Assembly (NCBI GenBank): GCA_963708135.1
Contig: OY970192.1
Location: 4,352,001-4,416,000 of the forward strand
Length of the DNA: 64,000 nucleotides
Reading direction: 5' to 3'
Origin: an uncultured Gemmatimonadales bacterium
Lineage (GTDB): Bacteria > Gemmatimonadota > Gemmatimonadetes > Longimicrobiales > RSA9
In this document: in pieces, positions 54,601-63,299 of the stretch
Layout: each line of letters begins with the position of its first letter
Numbering within the stretch: position 1 is the stretch's first letter
Made by a program: the position numbers and the translations under genes
Notes under the pieces: model-generated
Database searches by the model: none
Seen by the model: the letters and a program-made list of their open reading frames with translations, nothing else
Told to the model about the DNA's origin: nothing

Positions 54601-55006
54601 CCTCGGCCAGTCGGTCGAGCGCGACCTCCACGGCCGCCAGCCGGCCGAACAGCTCGTCGAGCGCGCGCACCAGCCCGCGCAGGTGGCGGATCGCGCCGAA
54701 CGCCGCCAGATCCGGGCGGCGCAGCAGCCGCGCGATGAGCGTCTCGCGCTCGAAGGACGTGAGCGCGGCGACGTCGCCATCCGAGATCCGCTCGAGCAGC
54801 TCGCGGAAGACGAGGATGGGCTCGCCGAGCCACCCGGCGCAGCCCGCGGCCGCCGCGCGCGCGAGCACCTCCTCGCGCTGCCCGCCCTGGCGCACCGCCA
54901 GCAGCGGCAGCGGCTCGGCCGGACGGCCCTGAACGGCGAACGGCGCCGCGGCCGCCGCGAGGAGCGACTCCGCATCGGGCGCGTGGACGAGAATCAGCCG
55001 GGCCAT
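51656..55006 (-). CDS. addB: AddB-like inactive helicase/PD-(D/E)XK nuclease with Fe-S cysteines
   Basis: SASRLETY..C.FRFF, G...H, RGRIDRVD, VDHKT, LQLPIY, C-terminal CPAYC.....C; ATGA coupling to addA. Confidence 0.85.
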   Translation of the reverse strand: MARLILVHAPDAESLLAAAAAPFAVQGRPAEPLPLLAVRQGGQREEVLARAAAAGCAGWLGEPILVFRELLERISDGDVAALTSFERETLIARLLRRPDLAAFGAIRHLRGLVRALDELFGRLAAVEVALDRLAEALERLSGGAWERARDADLRTLYADWLEAVAALPPLGGRPRVDGRDAAARAARVVRNDPGRLARRLARPFAPAGRPLDLWLLGLTDLSGGWELLLDALRESAAIRELRVLVLAASPRAAPLERLAEHELVEALRRRADEVVALEAAPRPAGIARLSAELFLTQDGGAEDEGAAGVGAAVLPDGARELADVAREAKRLIAEERVEPRRIAVVVRALRPEGPRLAHELRRQGVPVTARIRYRAAEIPAVAALLRLFRVAAEGWSRRVLLDLAESPYFELDLDGGALAFAAGQARPDTLARWRTVLEGLAARAEAAEADEAEPRPRGPSATRLRAAAERIEGFAAHAAALEETRRRSAWIDLALRVLGEADADAPWRLEHCARALPGGREADPLAVEAVRLDLQGLATATDALRDWRRALALDPEADGPLEPAAWHAELTSRLQDADFALWTPERGGVHVLESLAAVGRPFDHLFIIGMAAGEIPADPPAQPLFSDQEAEALERAGLPFRPEAAWFAREASLFRELVAGARRTLALSYAAADPGGAARLASPYLEECALLLGTDLEAWARRPPGSALVPSDLAAIRSPGEALLFAARDWRDQPSGHARPRALLRTLLDAAPGPTRGALRGAWVEWVRARTRESETASRLERLHAYNGRIDAADLREALRARWGERPWSASRLETYGFCGFRFFAEQVLGLASVDEADDDLDAATRGKVLHATLARLDVELRDRYGDAALDPAHEDDAAALLERILPEELEAEGDGGWAGAPELREPRLANLRRMLMRYVHWEMAENAKGSTVRPARAPLFTELAFGAPGDQWETVEIEADGRSIRVRGRIDRVDEIVDPRARGWRYVVDHKTSAAAFDHIGARRAAGALLQLPIYMRALEAVGEAGLGVWGGSYQIIGDPDHKASLSPTSLVKAGIKREETEKQRKATEEIEAAVRHAIEHATNIAAGRFPAATPTGCACPAYCAARAVCREYHG

Positions 55007-55256
55007 CGGTCCATCGTGGGGAGCGTGCTTCGGGGTGTGCGGACCCCCGGAGAATAGCGGGCGGGACCCCGCCCAGCCAGTGGTGCCGCGGCGGATCCGC
55101 CGGAGTCGGCCATCCGTCGGGTTCGCGGAGGGCTCGGCCGGATGCGTACGGGCGGGATCGGGCGGTTGATCCCGCGGCAGCCCCGCGCTACCTTCGCCGG
55201 GGCGGGCCCCCCGCGAGATTGCTCCACCGCAGACGCTCCGACGGAGGAGGGACGAG

Positions 55257-55436
55257 ATGGCGCGCATCGAGCTCACGGACGAGGAGAGCGCCGCGCTGCG
55301 CGAGGTCCTGCAGAGCACGATCTCCGATCTGCACTCCGAGATCATCCACACCGACAGCTTCGACTACCGCGAGCGGCTGAAGCACGAGCGCGAGGTGCTC
55401 TCCGCAATCCTGAAGCGGCTCGGCAAGGGCGGCTGA
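55257..55436 (+). CDS. Small helical hypothetical protein (59 aa; absent from the ORF track)
   Basis: GGAGGAGGG RBS; MARIELTDEESAALREVLQSTISDLHSEIIHTDSFDYRERLKHEREVLSAILKRLGKGG; host codon usage. Confidence 0.8.
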   Translation: MARIELTDEESAALREVLQSTISDLHSEIIHTDSFDYRERLKHEREVLSAILKRLGKGG

Positions 55437-55583
55437 GGCGACGGGCCCCGGCGCCGCCACCGCCGCAAAGGCGCTTCCGCCCGCGCCCGCGGCGTGCTAC
55501 TTTCGAGGCCGACCGAACCTGCGGCGCGGTGCCGCGGGGGACGGGCCGCGATCTCGACCATTCCCTCAATGAAAGGCGATCCA

Positions 55584-55865
55584 ATGGCGGACGCGAAGAA
55601 GGGCGGGAGCAAGCGGAAGCTGAACCCGGCGCTCATGAAGCCAATGCAGCCGAGCCCGGCCCTCGGTGCCGTGGTGGGCAACAACGCCATGCCCCGTTCC
55701 GAGGTCACGAAGAAGGTGTGGGACTACATCAAGGCGCACGGCCTCCAGGACTCCCAGAACCGCCGCATGATCAACGCCGACGACAAGCTGCGTCCCGTCT
55801 TCGGCGGCAAGGCCCAGGTCTCGATGTTCGAGATGACCAAGCTCGTCAACCAGCACCTCTCCTGA
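55584..55865 (+). CDS. Stand-alone SWIB/MDM2-domain protein
   Basis: PSPALGAVVG...PRSEVTKKVWDYIK..GLQD...RRMINADDKL..VFG...VSMFEMTKLV. Confidence 0.92.
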   Translation: MADAKKGGSKRKLNPALMKPMQPSPALGAVVGNNAMPRSEVTKKVWDYIKAHGLQDSQNRRMINADDKLRPVFGGKAQVSMFEMTKLVNQHLS

Positions 55866-56196
55866 CCGACCCGCCCCACGCCCGCCCGTGAGCGCGGGCC
55901 GAGGACGACGCCGGAACCCCGCTCCGCCCGGACTTTGGATCCGGGCGGAGCTCGTTTTCCCCGGCCTTTCGCTCCCGGCCGCGCCAGCCGCCGCCGCCCT
56001 CCCGCCGCTCCCCATGCCTCCCACCTCTTTGCGCTCCTCCCATTCCTCTCCACCCGCCGCGGGGACGCGGGGCAACCCTGCGAGCGAGACCGGGCATCCA
56101 ACGCACCGGGCGCGGCGGGCCGTGTGGTGCGGGGCGGGATGGTGCCCGGCCGGCCGCGGCCCGGCCGCAGAGATGGTCCCGCCCTTGCGGCCGGAC

Positions 56197-56222
56197 GGAA
56201 CCAGACGGGGGCGCGCCACGTA
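56197..56222 (+). promoter_or_regulatory. Putative ECF-sigma promoter
   Basis: GGAAC-N17-CGTA upstream of the PBP gene. Confidence 0.4.
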
Positions 56223-56252
56223 GGGTGAGAGGGACTCCTTCGAGGACGGCGG

Positions 56253-58727
56253 ATGTCACGACCGGACGAGTGGTGGGACACGGCATGGCGGCGGGCGCGC
56301 CGGGCGGCGCGCGCGCTGGACGCGCGCGTCCGTCGGCTGGACGCGCGCATCCTGGACGCCGCCCGCGCCGGCTGGCGGCGGGCCTCGCCCGCGCTCGGCC
56401 GCGCCGTTCGCCCGCTCGGGCGGCTGGCCGCGCCGCTCGGTCGCTTCGCGCCCCGCCGGACGTGGCGCCGGCTCGCCGCGGCGGGGCGGATGCGCGCGCT
56501 GCTGGGCTGGGCGCGGGCGCACGCGCCGCGGCCGGCGCAGCTCGCGGTGCTGGTCGGCGTGATCCTGCTGGTGGACTGGGGGCTGTGGGAGACGTGCGGG
56601 CTCGGCGGCTGCCCGGACGTGGCGCGGCTCACCTCGTATCAGCCGGGCGGCGCGTCGGCGCTGCTCGACAGGCACGGCCGCAAGTTCGCGGACCTGCGCC
56701 CGTTCGACCGCGCGGTGGTCCGGCTCTCGTCGCTGCCCGACTACGTGGCGAAGGCGTTTGTGGCGGTGGAGGACAAGCGCTTCTACCAGCACCACGGAGT
56801 GGACTGGCGGAGGGTCGTCGGCTCGGCGCTCGCCGACCTGCGGGCGGGCGCGCCGGCGGAGGGCTTCAGCACCCTGTCCATGCAGCTCGCGCGAAACGTC
56901 TGGCACGACCGGATCCCGGGCGAGGAGCGTACGCTGCGCCGGAAGCTGCTGGAGATCCGGGTGGCGCGCGAGATCGAGCACCGCTTCACCAAGCCGGAGA
57001 TCCTCGAGCTGTACCTGAACCACATCTATTTCGGTGAGGGGGCGTACGGGATCGAGGCGGCGGCGGAGAACTACTTCCACGAGCACTCGAAGGACCTCGA
57101 CCTGGCGCAGGCCGCCACCCTCGCCGCGCTGCCCAAGGCACCCTCGACCTACGATCCCCGGCGGCACCCGGAGCGGGCACGCACGCGGCGCAACCTCGTG
57201 CTCGCGCTCATGGTCGAGCAGAAGCGCGCGAGCCCCGCGGCCGCCCGGAAAGCGAGCGCGGAGAAGCTCGGGGTGCCGCGCCACCCGCCGCGCACGCTCG
57301 AGCCGCCCGGCTTCGCGCGCTACTACGTCGAGGAGGTGCGCCGGGAGCTCGAGGACCGCTTCGGCGACGAGATCTACGATACGCCGCTCCGAATCGTCAC
57401 CACGCTGGACGTGGACGCCGAGAAGGCGGCGGAGCAGGAGCTGGCGCACCAGCTGCACTGGATCGAGCGGGGCGGGCTCGGCCGCGAGCACGGGCCGCGC
57501 TACGGCGCGTCGGACGCGGTGACGGAGGACGGCACGAAGTACCTGCAGGGCGCCGTCGTCGTCATGGACGTGCATTCCGGCGACGTGCTGGCGCTGGTGG
57601 GCGGGCGCGACTACCGCGATTCCGGCTACGACCGTGCTCTCGAGGCGCACCGCCAGCTGGGCAGCGCGTTCAAGCCGTTCGTCTACGCCACGGCGCTGCT
57701 CCAGGGCTACGTCCCGACGCAGCCGATCATGGACGAGCCCGTGCGCGTGGGCCGCGGCCGCAACGCCTGGGAGCCGAGAAACTACGATGGCCGGTTCCGC
57801 GGCGTCATGACCATGCGCGATGCGCTCGTGCACTCGGAGAACGTGCCGGCCGTGCGGCTCGCGCTGAGGGTCGGTGAAGGCGACGTCGCGCGCGTCGCGC
57901 ACCAGGTCGGCATTCGCTCCGACATCCCGTCGACGCCGTCCATGGCGCTGGGCACCGCGGAGGTTTCGCCGCTCGAGGTGACCTCCGCCTACACCGCCTT
58001 CGCCTCGCTCGGCCGGCGCGCCGAGCCCCGCCTCATCCGGCGCGTGCTCGACTACGACGGCCACGTGCTGTGGGCGCCGGAGGAGAGGGGCGAGAACGTG
58101 ATCGACCCCGGCGTCGCCTACGTGGTGACCGACATGCTGCGCGACGTGGTGGACCGCGGCACCGGCGCGGCCGTCCGGCAGGTCGGCTTCTGGGGCGCCG
58201 CGGCCGGCAAGACCGGCACCACCAGCGACAACACCGATGCCTGGTTCGTCGGCTATACCCCCGACATCGCCGCGTCCGTCTGGATCGGCTTCGACGCCCG
58301 ACGCCCGATCGCCCACGCGGCCACCGGCGGCGGCGCCGCCGCGCCCGTGTGGGGACGCATCATGCGCCGCATCTACGCGCACCGGCCGATGCCCCAGGAG
58401 TGGGGCCGCCCCTCCGACGTCGTGCTGCTCCCCGTCGATCCGCCCACCGGCCTCGTGCTCCAGGCCGGCTGCCGGCCGAGCGAGGGCGACGCCGCCTCCG
58501 AGGTCTTCCTCGCCTCCCGCGTCCCCGCGTCCGTCTGCCCCCGCGACGAGCGCGAGGATGATACCGTCGGCGGCGTCATCGGCAGCGTGTGGGCCGCCGT
58601 GCGCGGCATCTTCGGCGGCCACGACTACCGCCCGCCGCCCCCGCCCCCCGCGCCCAGCTCCGAGGCGCCCGGCCCCACGGATCCCCTGCTCGGCGCGCCC
58701 CGGCTGCCGATGGAGTCGCCGGCGTGA
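56253..58727 (+). CDS. Class A penicillin-binding protein (PBP1A family)
   Basis: Transglycosylase EDKRFYQHHG, STLSMQLARN, RKLLE, LYLNHIYFG; transpeptidase SAFK, SEN, KTGT. Confidence 0.95.
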   Translation: MSRPDEWWDTAWRRARRAARALDARVRRLDARILDAARAGWRRASPALGRAVRPLGRLAAPLGRFAPRRTWRRLAAAGRMRALLGWARAHAPRPAQLAVLVGVILLVDWGLWETCGLGGCPDVARLTSYQPGGASALLDRHGRKFADLRPFDRAVVRLSSLPDYVAKAFVAVEDKRFYQHHGVDWRRVVGSALADLRAGAPAEGFSTLSMQLARNVWHDRIPGEERTLRRKLLEIRVAREIEHRFTKPEILELYLNHIYFGEGAYGIEAAAENYFHEHSKDLDLAQAATLAALPKAPSTYDPRRHPERARTRRNLVLALMVEQKRASPAAARKASAEKLGVPRHPPRTLEPPGFARYYVEEVRRELEDRFGDEIYDTPLRIVTTLDVDAEKAAEQELAHQLHWIERGGLGREHGPRYGASDAVTEDGTKYLQGAVVVMDVHSGDVLALVGGRDYRDSGYDRALEAHRQLGSAFKPFVYATALLQGYVPTQPIMDEPVRVGRGRNAWEPRNYDGRFRGVMTMRDALVHSENVPAVRLALRVGEGDVARVAHQVGIRSDIPSTPSMALGTAEVSPLEVTSAYTAFASLGRRAEPRLIRRVLDYDGHVLWAPEERGENVIDPGVAYVVTDMLRDVVDRGTGAAVRQVGFWGAAAGKTGTTSDNTDAWFVGYTPDIAASVWIGFDARRPIAHAATGGGAAAPVWGRIMRRIYAHRPMPQEWGRPSDVVLLPVDPPTGLVLQAGCRPSEGDAASEVFLASRVPASVCPRDEREDDTVGGVIGSVWAAVRGIFGGHDYRPPPPPPAPSSEAPGPTDPLLGAPRLPMESPA

Positions 58728-58842
58728 TAGACCCTTCCTCCCGGCCTTGCCGCCAGAGTGGGGGAGCGGGAGAGTGGGGGATCCCGGGCCGGCCTCGGCT
58801 CGCCCGGCGGGATGCCGGGCCTCACGACCTGCGCGGGGCCGC

Positions 58843-60846
58843 CTACGGCATCACCATCCTCGCCGTCACCTCGACCGCCCGCGGCTGCCCGGGCGAGACG
58901 AAGCCGCCGGCCCTGAGCTCCGGGTACTTGCGGTCGAGCAGGTTGCGGACGCCGGCCTCGAGCAGCACGCGGCCGATCAGGCGGCCGGCGGAGGCGTGCA
59001 GCAGCGCGTAGCCGGGAAGCACGACGCCCGGCTCGTCGAAGGGTGAGTAGGGCCCGACCAGGTTCGTCGCCAGGCGCAGCTGGATGCGGTCGGGGCTGCC
59101 GTAGTCGAGCGCGGCGCTGCCCACGTATTTCGCGGTGTTGTAGACGCGCGCGCCGTTCAGCGTGTCGCCGTCCTCGGTCACGAGGTGCAGGTAGCGCGCG
59201 TCGTTGAAGGTCACGTCCGCGCTCGCGGCCAGGAGCGGCAGGGGCTCCACGCGGCCGTCGATCTCGATGCCCTGCCGGCGGCTCGCGCCGCCGCTCGTGG
59301 TGGCGAGGGTGATCGGGTTGAAGGTCTGCTCGTTGCTCACGTTCATGCGGAAGAGGGCGATGCCGAGGTAGCCCGGCCCGCCGCTCAGCTTCACGCCGGA
59401 CTCGTACGCCCACTCGGTGATGAACGGCAGCGAGGGGTCCTCGATCACGCCGTCGGTCTGCCGGAACCCGCGCGAGACGTTGCCGTAGACCGCCACGCCG
59501 CGGTGCACGCTCAGCAGCGCGCCGACCTTGGGGGAGAGGGTGCCCTTGGTGGCGCTCGAGGCGATGTCGCCCGTCGGCGCCGAGCGCGTGGAGAGCACGT
59601 CCCAGCGGCCGCCGAGGTTCAGCCGCAGCGGGCCGGCCTCCACGTCCGAGGCCACGAACACCCCCCCCGACATCTGCCGCGCCGAGACCAGCAGCTGCGG
59701 CTCGTCGCGCACACGGCGCGTGGTCAGCCAGTTCTGGTAGTCGGAGTGGTCGAGCCGCTCCTGCGTGCCGACGGTCAGGTCCACGTGTGGCAACACCCAG
59801 GTCAGAGCGCTCGTCAGCCCGAAGCCGTAGCGACGGTCCTCCTCCTCCGTCTGGCTGCCCGTCCCCTCCTGCAGCCCGCCCTCCGGCGGCGTGGTCAGGT
59901 AGAGCTGCCAGCGGCCCTGCGTGGAGTAGAGCGTCGAGCGCCACATCATCGACGGCGTGGCCTGCACGCGCAGGCTCACTCGCTCCTGCGCCCGGCGCTT
60001 GAAGCCGCCGTCAGTGCGATCGGCGACGACGTCGTAGCTGCCCGCGTCGTACTGCGCCAGGGTGAGAAAGCCGGGAGACTGCCACCCGGCGCCGTAGAGG
60101 TTCACGCCGCCGTCGATCGCCACGCTCGGCGAGAGGTTGCGCACGAGCTTGCCGTAGGCCTGGCCGAGGCGCCAGTCGTCGTTCACCCGCCAGCCGCCGT
60201 CGCGCTGGGCGCGGATGCCGAGCACGCCGCTCGAGCCGCCGTGGTCGAAGCCGGAGAGCAGCGTCGCGGACGCACGGCCGAACGAGCCGCCGGAGACCCA
60301 GCCGCGGCTCCCCTGCATCCCCTGCAGCGTGCGCACGTTCACCACGCCCGCCAGCGCGAAGTTGCCGAACAGCGGGCTCGTCGGCCCCTTGATCACCTCG
60401 ATGTCGGCGATCGACTGCGGGAAGAGCAGGCTCCAGTCGTTGTAGCCCTCGGCGTGGCCGTTCACGGGCTCGTTCACCGGCACTCCATCGATCCAGAGCG
60501 CCAGGTCGGTCGAGTGGTCGGAGCTGAAGCCCCGCACCGAGGCGTCCGACGCGAAGCCCGGACCCTGCCCCTGCTGGTGCACCTCGAGACCCGCCGCCTG
60601 CCGCAGCAGCTCCCAGCTCGTGGTGCTCGTGGAGAGCGCCCGCCGCACCGCCGGCGCCGGCACCTCCGTCGAGCTCACGGGCGCGCCCCGGCGCGTGGGG
60701 GTGGATGTGACGGTAATGGCTTGCAGCTGGTACGCCGGGTGCGCGGCCGTGTCCGGCCGCGCACCCGCGGTGTCGCGCTGCTGCGCGGCCAGCCCGGCGG
60801 GCAGCGCGCAGCACGCGAGCACGACGAGCAAGGATGGTCGGAACAT
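58843..60846 (-). CDS. TonB-dependent receptor
   Basis: Signal peptide; plug (VRGF, IDGVPVN, IEVIKGP.S..FG..A.AGVVN); C-terminal NLLDRKY...PG.PR; AAGGAG RBS. Confidence 0.92.
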   Translation of the reverse strand: MFRPSLLVVLACCALPAGLAAQQRDTAGARPDTAAHPAYQLQAITVTSTPTRRGAPVSSTEVPAPAVRRALSTSTTSWELLRQAAGLEVHQQGQGPGFASDASVRGFSSDHSTDLALWIDGVPVNEPVNGHAEGYNDWSLLFPQSIADIEVIKGPTSPLFGNFALAGVVNVRTLQGMQGSRGWVSGGSFGRASATLLSGFDHGGSSGVLGIRAQRDGGWRVNDDWRLGQAYGKLVRNLSPSVAIDGGVNLYGAGWQSPGFLTLAQYDAGSYDVVADRTDGGFKRRAQERVSLRVQATPSMMWRSTLYSTQGRWQLYLTTPPEGGLQEGTGSQTEEEDRRYGFGLTSALTWVLPHVDLTVGTQERLDHSDYQNWLTTRRVRDEPQLLVSARQMSGGVFVASDVEAGPLRLNLGGRWDVLSTRSAPTGDIASSATKGTLSPKVGALLSVHRGVAVYGNVSRGFRQTDGVIEDPSLPFITEWAYESGVKLSGGPGYLGIALFRMNVSNEQTFNPITLATTSGGASRRQGIEIDGRVEPLPLLAASADVTFNDARYLHLVTEDGDTLNGARVYNTAKYVGSAALDYGSPDRIQLRLATNLVGPYSPFDEPGVVLPGYALLHASAGRLIGRVLLEAGVRNLLDRKYPELRAGGFVSPGQPRAVEVTARMVMP

Positions 60847-61008
60847 CGTGTGGGACTCCTTCCGCTTTATGCCGGACGCGGGCCGGCGTCCGCCGGATGG
60901 AGCGGACGCCGCCGGCGCGATCGGCGGCTGTCGGTTCGGTTCGATCGAAGCGGGTGTCGCGAGTTGCCCGTCAGCAACACATGCAGGCGCGCATGCGTGC
61001 CCGACGGA

Positions 61009-61467
61009 TCAAACCACGGCGCGGGGCGGGGCGGTGGAGTCCGGCAGCAGGTCGAGGTAGTTGGCGCGCAGCGGCGCGGAGGTCCACGCGGTGGCCAGTA
61101 GCGGCGTCGTGGCCGCCAGCGGCGCGGACAGGACTGGCGGCGCATACGAGGCGATGAGCCCCTGGCAGCAGCAGCAGCACCCGAGGCAGGTGCAGCCGCG
61201 GTGCGTCGGGGAGTCGTCGTGGTGGGTCGGCGCGGCGGCGCCGTCGGGCGCGGGTGCGGCGTCCCGCGCTCCCATGGCCCCGCCCATCCCGCGCGCCGCG
61301 CCCTCGGGGTGGGCGTGCGCCATCGCCATCGCCATCATGCCGTCGTGGTGCGGGCAGTGGTGCAGCGGCGTCCCCTCCAGGAGCCCGAGGGCGAGGAACA
61401 GCAGCGCCTGGAAGAGCGCGATCACCCGCATGTGCGGGCGGAGGCGGGACACGGGGCGGTGGGCCAT
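61009..61467 (-). CDS. DUF2946-like His/Met/Cys-rich upstream (leader) protein
   Basis: N-terminal hydrophobic helix, HHCPHH, MAMAMAHAH, CTCLGCCCCC, Pro/Ala linker, C-terminal LLPDSTAPP; directly upstream of the TonB receptor. Confidence 0.75.
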   Translation of the reverse strand: MAHRPVSRLRPHMRVIALFQALLFLALGLLEGTPLHHCPHHDGMMAMAMAHAHPEGAARGMGGAMGARDAAPAPDGAAAPTHHDDSPTHRGCTCLGCCCCCQGLIASYAPPVLSAPLAATTPLLATAWTSAPLRANYLDLLPDSTAPPRAVV

Positions 61468-61548
61468 GCGCGTAATGCTAATCGTCACTCCCGCATGAGG
61501 AAAGGCGCCGCGCGAGATCCCGCTCCCCCCGCCCCGCCTCCGTGGGCG

Positions 61549-61995
61549 TCCCGCGCCTCCGCGAGAGTCCGCCGACGCACCCTCCTCTCGCGAAGAAGCC
61601 ACTCCGAGGGAGAGAGCCCGATGACGCGCGTTACCGAACCTGCCGGCGTGCCTCTCTCTCACAGAGGCGCCGAGCTTCGCGGAGTCGCGGAGACTTCGAG
61701 CGCGCCCGCGCCCGGGCGCCGACCCATCCCCGGACAATCCATGCTTTCCGGAAGAGAACCAGCCATCCCCGTCGCGCACGGCCCCCGAGTCGCGCCTCAC
61801 GCTTTCGCCTTTGAAACGGCATCGCTCGGCGCCTCCGCGAATCTCCCGCGCCTCCGCGAGAGAAAGTCCCACGACGAACCCTCCGCGCGCGAAAGAAGCG
61901 GCTCCGCGAGAGAGAGTCCCACGACGAATCCGCCTCGCGCGAAGAAGCCCCTCCGCGCGAGAGAGCCCGACGACGCGCGTTACCGAACCTGCCGG
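61549..61995. repeat. Degenerate 45-50 bp direct-repeat cluster in two blocks
   Basis: Units begin CTCCG at 61557, 61602, 61852, 61902 and 61951. A 37-bp block at 61610-61646 matches 61959-61995 at 36/37. Confidence 0.85.
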
Positions 61996-62012
61996 GCAGA
62001 CGGTGCCGGCGG

Positions 62013-63299
62013 TCATCTCTCGTACCTGGACACCAGCGGCGCGTGCCCGGTGGCCTCGAGCCGCGCCACCGCGGGCTCGACGCGCGACCACGGGGCGGCG
62101 CGCAGCAGCACACGGGACTCGGGTCCGTCGATCCGCTCGTGCGAAACGGCCAGCCGCCCGGCCTCGAGCGCCCGGCGCAGCAGGCCCGGCTGGCCGGCGG
62201 CGCGGCGGATGCTCACCACCCAGCGGTGCGGTCGGTCGTCGGGCAGGAGCCGGGGCGGCTGCCCCCGCGCGGGCACCGGCCGCGCGCCGCGCAGCACATC
62301 GCCGAGGAGCGCGGAGGCCGTGGGGCCGCCGCCCGCGCCCGGGCCGCCCAGCGCGACGGCGCCGTTCCACGCGCTGTCCACGAGCACGAGGTTCTGCTCC
62401 TCACGGACGGCGGCGAGGGTGCCGCCGCGATCGACCACGACGGGCTCGACGCTGGCCGCGATCCCCTCGGGCAGCGCGCTGCACGAGCCCACGATGCGGC
62501 ACACGCCGCCGAACGCGGTGGCGTCCCGGGCCAGCCGGTCGGGGTCGGGCAGCAGGCCGCGGCGCCGCACCGGCAGCGCGGCCGGATCGGCGCCGAACGC
62601 CAGCCAGGCCAGCACGCGCACCTTGTCCTCCGCGTCCCGGCCATCCAGGTCGCGCGCCGGATCCGCCTCCGCGAAGCCCAGCCGCTGCGCATCGGCCAGC
62701 GCCGCCTCGAATGCCTCGCCGCCCGTCAGCCGGTCCAGGATGAAGTTCGAGGTGCCGTTCAGCACGCCGCCGACCGAGCGGATCTCCGTCTCCGCGAGCG
62801 CATCGCGGAGCGCCCGCACGATCGGGATCCCCCCGCCCACGGCCGCCTCGAAGTCGAGTGCGCCGCCGGTCCGCCGGGCGAGCTCCGCGAGCTCCGGCCC
62901 GCGCACGGCGAGCAGCGCCTTGTTGGCGGTGACCAGACGCCTGCCGCGCGAAAGCGCTTCGCGCGCGATCCGCTCCGCCGGGTCCAGCCCGCCGATCGCC
63001 TCGACCACCACGTCGGCATCGGCGGCCGCGGCCAGGAACGCGCCCAGCTCGCCCGTGACCACGCCGGGCGGCAGCGGCGCCAGGCGGGGCAGCCCGGGCC
63101 GGCGCACCAGCACCGAGGCCAGCTCGACCCTGAGCCCGTGCTGGCGCTCGATCCCGGCGCGCCGCTCCGCCAGCAGCCGCACCAGCGCGGAGCCGACCGT
63201 ACCGCAGCCGGCCAGCGCGACGCGCACCGTGCGTGGCGCCGGAGAGGCGGGGACGATCCGAAGTGGAAGGGGCGACGTCGCCTGAAGGCGAGCGCTCAT
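62013..63299 (-). CDS. hom: Homoserine dehydrogenase
   Basis: LAGCGTVG, VVVEAIGG, VTANKA, FEAAVGGGIP, NGTSNFIL, AEADP..D.DG.D..K, GPGAGG.PTASA. Confidence 0.93.
   Translation of the reverse strand: MSARLQATSPLPLRIVPASPAPRTVRVALAGCGTVGSALVRLLAERRAGIERQHGLRVELASVLVRRPGLPRLAPLPPGVVTGELGAFLAAAADADVVVEAIGGLDPAERIAREALSRGRRLVTANKALLAVRGPELAELARRTGGALDFEAAVGGGIPIVRALRDALAETEIRSVGGVLNGTSNFILDRLTGGEAFEAALADAQRLGFAEADPARDLDGRDAEDKVRVLAWLAFGADPAALPVRRRGLLPDPDRLARDATAFGGVCRIVGSCSALPEGIAASVEPVVVDRGGTLAAVREEQNLVLVDSAWNGAVALGGPGAGGGPTASALLGDVLRGARPVPARGQPPRLLPDDRPHRWVVSIRRAAGQPGLLRRALEAGRLAVSHERIDGPESRVLLRAAPWSRVEPAVARLEATGHAPLVSRYER

Noticed and set aside
48435..55006. Helicase-nuclease pair as a novel defence system
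   Set aside because: Order, coupling and motifs fit housekeeping AddAB.
61549..61995. CRISPR interpretation of the repeat cluster
   Set aside because: The units are degenerate and abutting, with no equal-length unique spacers and no cas genes in the window.
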